A stretch of 37,697 nucleotides of DNA, taken from the NCBI GenBank assembly GCA_030167865.1, contig JALAGF010002401.1, positions 1 through 37,697 on the forward strand. The letters run 5' to 3'. The translations under genes were made by a program, and so were the position numbers. Below, one piece after another: positions 33,537-37,697 of the stretch. How positions within the stretch are numbered: the first letter of the stretch is position 1; each line of letters opens with the position of its first letter. The notes below the pieces were generated by a model that was not told where the DNA came from, searched no databases, and saw only the letters and a list, made by a program, of their open reading frames with translations. This stretch comes from Craspedostauros australis. Taxonomy: Eukaryota.

Positions 33537-34769
33537 CTACTTGGTTATGCATGGATACTGCAACTGCCCGCTGCGCTTGCCATTGTGAATGAAGCTCGAA
33601 ATGACGCCTGCAAACCTTGCGCGTCCCTCCAGCAAATGCACGGCGTGGTCCGCATCGGCAAGGATGCTCCACGTCCTGTCGCTGCCACGCCCGATGTTGG
33701 AGAAGAGCTCCTGCTGAACGTGTAGCGGTGCGTAGGGATCCTGATCCCCGGCCACGACCAAGGTCGGGACGTGGATTCTGCCCGGATCGCAGTTGTTGAA
33801 TTCGTACAGGCGCTTCCATTGTGCCTTGATGGGATCGGAAATGAGAGCGGCTTCCGCGAAGGCAACCGCCGGCTCCGGAGGGATGGATCCTTCCACGGTG
33901 AAGTCCTCAATGGCAGAATCGAAGTCATTCTCCACCTCCGTCAAGTTCGCCTTGTTGCGCACATACAGAGGCTCACGCGGGTATCGCACCATGGGATCGT
34001 AGATGGAACCGTACAGGATGAGCTTGGACATCAGCGGTTTGTTCTTCTGAGCAGCGAGCTGTGCCACCAACGCGCCCTGGCTCCAACCCAGCAAGGTTGG
34101 CATGTGACCCTTCTTCAATCCATGCCGTTCCGAAAGCCATTGCAGCACGGTCTCCACGTCGTCCACGCATCTGTTCGGCTCTACACCGCCAGTGTCATCA
34201 TGCGGCGTCCCGCCGAATCCACGGAAATCCATCATGTACGGTTTCACCTGCGAGCAGACCATCGTCTCCACGAGGCTCCGGCTCTCCAGACCCTTTTCTC
34301 TGTTTTTGGGACCACCCAGCAGATGGTAGACGGGGACGGAGGACCATGTCCGTCCATGCAGCATGAGCAGCACCACATCATCTTCCTTCGGCTCGGAGCT
34401 TTCGATGCCATACACGGAGAGCGGGTGGCCATCGCCCTTTGCCGGAACTGTGTACACGTCGAGACCATCGAGCAAGGGCGATCCTTTCGCCCCGCCCAAT
34501 GGCGTATCTGCCAACGACATCTGGCAGACAGTCCGCTGCTGCGAGGATCGGAATGTCGAGGGCACCCATTTCTGGTGTTGGTGGTAGCCGAAGCGTGACG
34601 CTCGGCGTGGGAGCGCTTGGAATGCGATCGATCTGCTTGCGCCACTTGCGAATGGCGATGAAGCCGACGATGCCGCAGTAGCTGCTGGCATGATCGAGCG
34701 CATGGCTCCGGTGGACAGAATCATGGTAACTGTCAGGAGGAGTTGTGCCAGAATGGAACTTGTTGTCAT
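33537..34769 (-). CDS. Alpha/beta-hydrolase fold protein with an N-terminal targeting-like sequence (410 aa)
   Basis: LHG oxyanion motif, DFRGFG, GWSQG nucleophile elbow, AGDQD (Asp) and ADHAVH (His). Hydrophobic N-terminus from ATG 34769, then an S/A/R-rich region. Confidence 0.88.
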   Translation of the reverse strand: MTTSSILAQLLLTVTMILSTGAMRSIMPAATAASSASSPFASGASRSIAFQALPRRASRFGYHQHQKWVPSTFRSSQQRTVCQMSLADTPLGGAKGSPLLDGLDVYTVPAKGDGHPLSVYGIESSEPKEDDVVLLMLHGRTWSSVPVYHLLGGPKNREKGLESRSLVETMVCSQVKPYMMDFRGFGGTPHDDTGGVEPNRCVDDVETVLQWLSERHGLKKGHMPTLLGWSQGALVAQLAAQKNKPLMSKLILYGSIYDPMVRYPREPLYVRNKANLTEVENDFDSAIEDFTVEGSIPPEPAVAFAEAALISDPIKAQWKRLYEFNNCDPGRIHVPTLVVAGDQDPYAPLHVQQELFSNIGRGSDRTWSILADADHAVHLLEGRARFAGVISSFIHNGKRSGQLQYPCITK

Positions 34770-36067
34770 GCCAATTGCAGATGATGCCAGCACAATTGCA
34801 CTGTCGTTTGATGAAGCAATAGAGTACTTCAGTTGCTTGTAGACGAATGTGTGCCAATTAGAGCAGAGCACGTGGTTTCGACGGTGGTGATGTTGACAAT
34901 GGCGTCGACAGTGATGTCTGTCGCTGCTTTCTCCTTGTGTTCGTGCGGAGGAGTTGGCAATTGAGAATGTTCCGACTTTGATGGGCACAGGAAATGATAG
35001 CATTGGTCATTGATTGGTTGATTGGTTGGCACAAGTTCGTCGTTGATGGCTGGTCTGTGTCATGTCAACATCAATCCAAATGGTCAGGTCTCGTCAATCT
35101 TCTCTAGACTTCTGAGAGTTAGCGCCTGACGTATGTAGCGCACGTACTGACGACGAAGACTGTTGCCATGTACGAGCTGTGGTACGCTACGCACTCTACT
35201 GCAATGTATTGTGGAGAGTGGAAAAGAGTACTAATTTCTGTGATAGACCAGAAGTAGTAGAGCAACAGTCCCCTCCCCAGCTCTTCATCAGACTACAAGT
35301 ACGACCTATTATACTCCACTGCGCTTTTCTGTGTTCGTGGCAGGACACTCACCAAGAAGGCCTCCCGCAGCGGTACCCAGCCTTGCCCTGGCCTTGCCCC
35401 AACTGGCCTGGTTGTAGAGATCAGCCCGAGCAGAAGAAGCAGAGCAACAGTCGCAGTGAATGAAGACATCTGCAATGGAGAATGGTGCACCGGCCGATTC
35501 TGTATCAGGTCTGCCCGCGACAAAGTGAGTTTGATTTGGACGGTGAGGTTGCTGGTAACGACAATAATAGAGGAACCGCCCGGTCGGGAGCAGTTGGGGC
35601 GCTCAACACAAGGGCCCTGCTGAAAGTACGAGCTGAGCACGTGTTTGACAGAGAGGGAGGCGGATCCAGAGAGTCCGTCGGTTCAGTCAGTGCACCAACA
35701 AATGGCACGATCTCTGCAATGGTTCCAACTGGATTCCTGGTTGCAGTCCTGGCTGCACTCCTTTGAACGAATGTTGATTCGTGCGAGTGTCCACGAATCG
35801 TCGCAGTGGTGCAGATGCTTCTCTCTTCCAGAGATCGAAGAGGAGGGCCTCGCATGGCAGGAATCGTCAACAAATGTTCTTTCGTCCGGTTGAAATGTGT
35901 AAAGTATTGTTGCTATTACAAATATTTGTACAGGTGTCGCAAGCAGTAATGGTACAAACTGCCCCATATGTGCATGCTCGTAGTTTGCTCCTTCCCTCGT
36001 GTCGTTCGTCATCCGTAGTTTGGTGCCCGTAACTGTTGCAGACATTGTACCATACCCGTACAAGTAT

Positions 36068-36141
36068 GGCGATGAGTATCTGTTCAGGTCCACTGGAAGG
36101 CATTATGCTTCCCGTGTTCCGTCATTCGTACCATCTCTGCC
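36068..36141 (-). promoter_or_regulatory. Candidate eukaryotic SECIS element in the 3' UTR of the putative selenoprotein gene
   Basis: GGCAGAGAUGGUACGA-AUGA-CGGAACACGGG-AA-GCAUAAUGC-CUUCCAGUGGACC-UGAA-CAGAUACUCAUCGCC. AUGA, 11 nt, AA, 23 nt, GA; lower helix GGC..GAUG.GUA/UAC.CAUC.GCC; upper helix GG..CAC.GG/CC.GUG..CC. Confidence 0.72.
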
Positions 36142-36366
36142 GCAACAGCTCGGTTGTGGAAACGATCGCCGAAGAGAAAGCGATGAGATGATGCTGACGC
36201 TGCTGCTGAATTGGACATGTGGGGTCACCCCAACATGTTTCATTTCAACGAAGGTCAACTCAGTTCATCGGATGCATGATCATGCTGGATCGGGCTCGTG
36301 TGCGCACGCGCATTCGCTAGTCTGCTCGCACGTACGTATCCGCAGCTGCCTTGGAGTCGACTCCTA

Positions 36367-36860
36367 TCATATCCGAGTCCTGGCATGCTGCAGCGTGTGC
36401 TTGATCTTTCGCATCGTGGCCTTTCGTTTCTTGCTGTACTTGTGAAAGAGATGCGTTTGATCGCCGCTCCACACCAGAACATCATTCCCCCCTTCCATCT
36501 CTGCTGTGATGGATACCTGGATGGGGAAGCTGTTGGTCCGGCTGGAGATGATTGTGCTATCAGGGAACACGTCGCGCACCAATAGTGCGACGGTGCAGAG
36601 TTCCTGATAGCCCCCGTCTCAGTTACGGCTCTGTTATGATGGAATGCCAAAAGGTACGTGTAGCAATCGTTGGAGTGACAACAATGATGTTGATGACACA
36701 GCGAAAGAACACACACACACAGAGAGAGAGAGAGAGATAGGTGGCAATCAGTGTCAGGAAGTGTTCGTTGTGTCGCGATGTGTGGCATGAGGTGAAGCAC
36801 AAGAAGTGGTGTCGAACTTACGTAGGTGATCGTGAAGGAAGGATTTGCTGTGGCCGCCAT
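36367..36860 (-). CDS. Putative small selenoprotein, Rdx/SelW/SelH-like thioredoxin fold with an SxxU motif (100 aa, 2 exons)
   Basis: Exon 1 36860-36822 (MAATANPSFTITY|GTAAGT); intron 36821-36631 ending ATAACAG; exon 2 36630-36367 reads SRN-TGA-DGGYQELCTVALLVRDVFPDSTIISSRTNSFPIQVSITAEMEGGNDVLVWSGDQTHLFHKYSKKRKATMRKIKHTLQHARTRI. TGA is at 36621-36619 and a SECIS-like hairpin lies downstream. Confidence 0.75.
36631..36821 (-). other. Intron (191 nt, phase 0) of the putative selenoprotein gene, containing an (AC)n(AG)n compound microsatellite
   Basis: GTAAGT donor and CAG acceptor; microsatellite at ~36709-36736. Confidence 0.8.
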
Positions 36861-37697
36861 TGTCAAAGTGTTGTCTGTGGTGTTGCTGCTATTGTGCAAA
36901 TTCGTGCTGACTTGTGGTTTGTTGATTGCTGCGATGCAGATTTTATGAGAGAGCTGCAGGTAAGGAGCCAGCTGGAGATCCTGTGCCTTTCTCCGCAGTT
37001 TCTGTGCAATACATGCTGTACGACTCACTGCCACCGGACATCACAAAGCGCAAACGCAAAGCTCAAAGTAGCCGTATTCATGCGCTGTTGTCATCCTCGC
37101 CTGTTTTCTGCCAATCTGCGCTGGAGTCTTCCACGAGCCAAAGATGTGAACACGCTCGTATTCGTGTTGCTGAATAGTAGCTTAATTGTGATGCTGCCAC
37201 GAAGGCGCAAAAGCTCAGAACAAATCCAGGTCTCCGGTTTGTTCCTGGCATCCTGCACGAGCACGTGTGGGAGACGAGCATGGAGAAGGCGACGCTGATG
37301 TTTGGTGCCATCAGTTTCACAGTTTGCGGAGTTCGGACTGCCTGAGCATTTTCTGGTTTTACCGCGCCTCATGTCACTTATCACGAGTCCACGGGAACCG
37401 CGGTAAAGACCATATATTGGTCGGTTTGCCGATGGGACTCCAATAGTAGTCCAAGTAATCCGTTGCAACAAATTAGACTATCTAGAAGGCACTACCGTAG
37501 ACAACAAATCGTCCTAGTGTGATCATGGTGATTAGAGTTATTCGTTAATAGTGTTATTCTTGTTCGTGTGTTGAGGGGTGGTCGGGATAGTCTCACTCGG
37601 TCTCTGTGCTGTCGTCATCGCCTTTTTTCAAGTTCGCAGGTGCTGGTGTGACTTCGAAATCGCTGTCGCTATCGCTGTCCATGTGGAGGTCGATCAA

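Noticed and set aside
35352-35469. Signal-peptide-like minus-strand exon (MSSFTATVALLLLLGL...) followed by a GTGAGT donor
   Set aside because: No convincing downstream exon could be attached.
35293-36093. Minus-strand ORFs 35683..36093 and 35293..35640 are in frame and separated by a single TGA preceded by CWCTD (a CxxU look-alike)
   Set aside because: The flanking peptide shows no recognisable fold or coding bias, the 5' part overlaps the neighbour's SECIS candidate, and I found no AUGA-AA-GA hairpin downstream. Probably chance; a tBLASTn would settle it.

Overview
Eukaryotic, intron-containing DNA, most likely from a diatom (inferred from GT-AG introns, ASAF-type bipartite plastid signals and GC3-rich housekeeping genes). 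The first ~5 kb is a CpG-poor zone of decayed sequence: a frameshifted Pro/Ala/Gly repeat ORF ending at a possible DNA-transposon terminus, a broken ankyrin-BTB gene, and abutting SRR1-like and trypsin-like pseudogene fragments. From 5.6 to 34.8 kb there are intact genes: eIF3g, multi-exon GCN1, a plastid/lumen-targeted SDR, NRT2, DCP1, HAS1/DDX18, an orphan protein, an ABM-domain protein, a 3-exon CRTISO-like oxidoreductase and an alpha/beta hydrolase. The highlight is not visible in the ORF track. It is a two-exon, 100-aa candidate selenoprotein on the minus strand (36860-36367) with an in-frame TGA in an unusual Y-S-x-x-U motif (Rdx/SelW/SelH-like fold), backed by a canonically spaced SECIS-like hairpin in its 3' UTR (36141-36068). 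All family calls come from motif recognition by eye; no searches were run.
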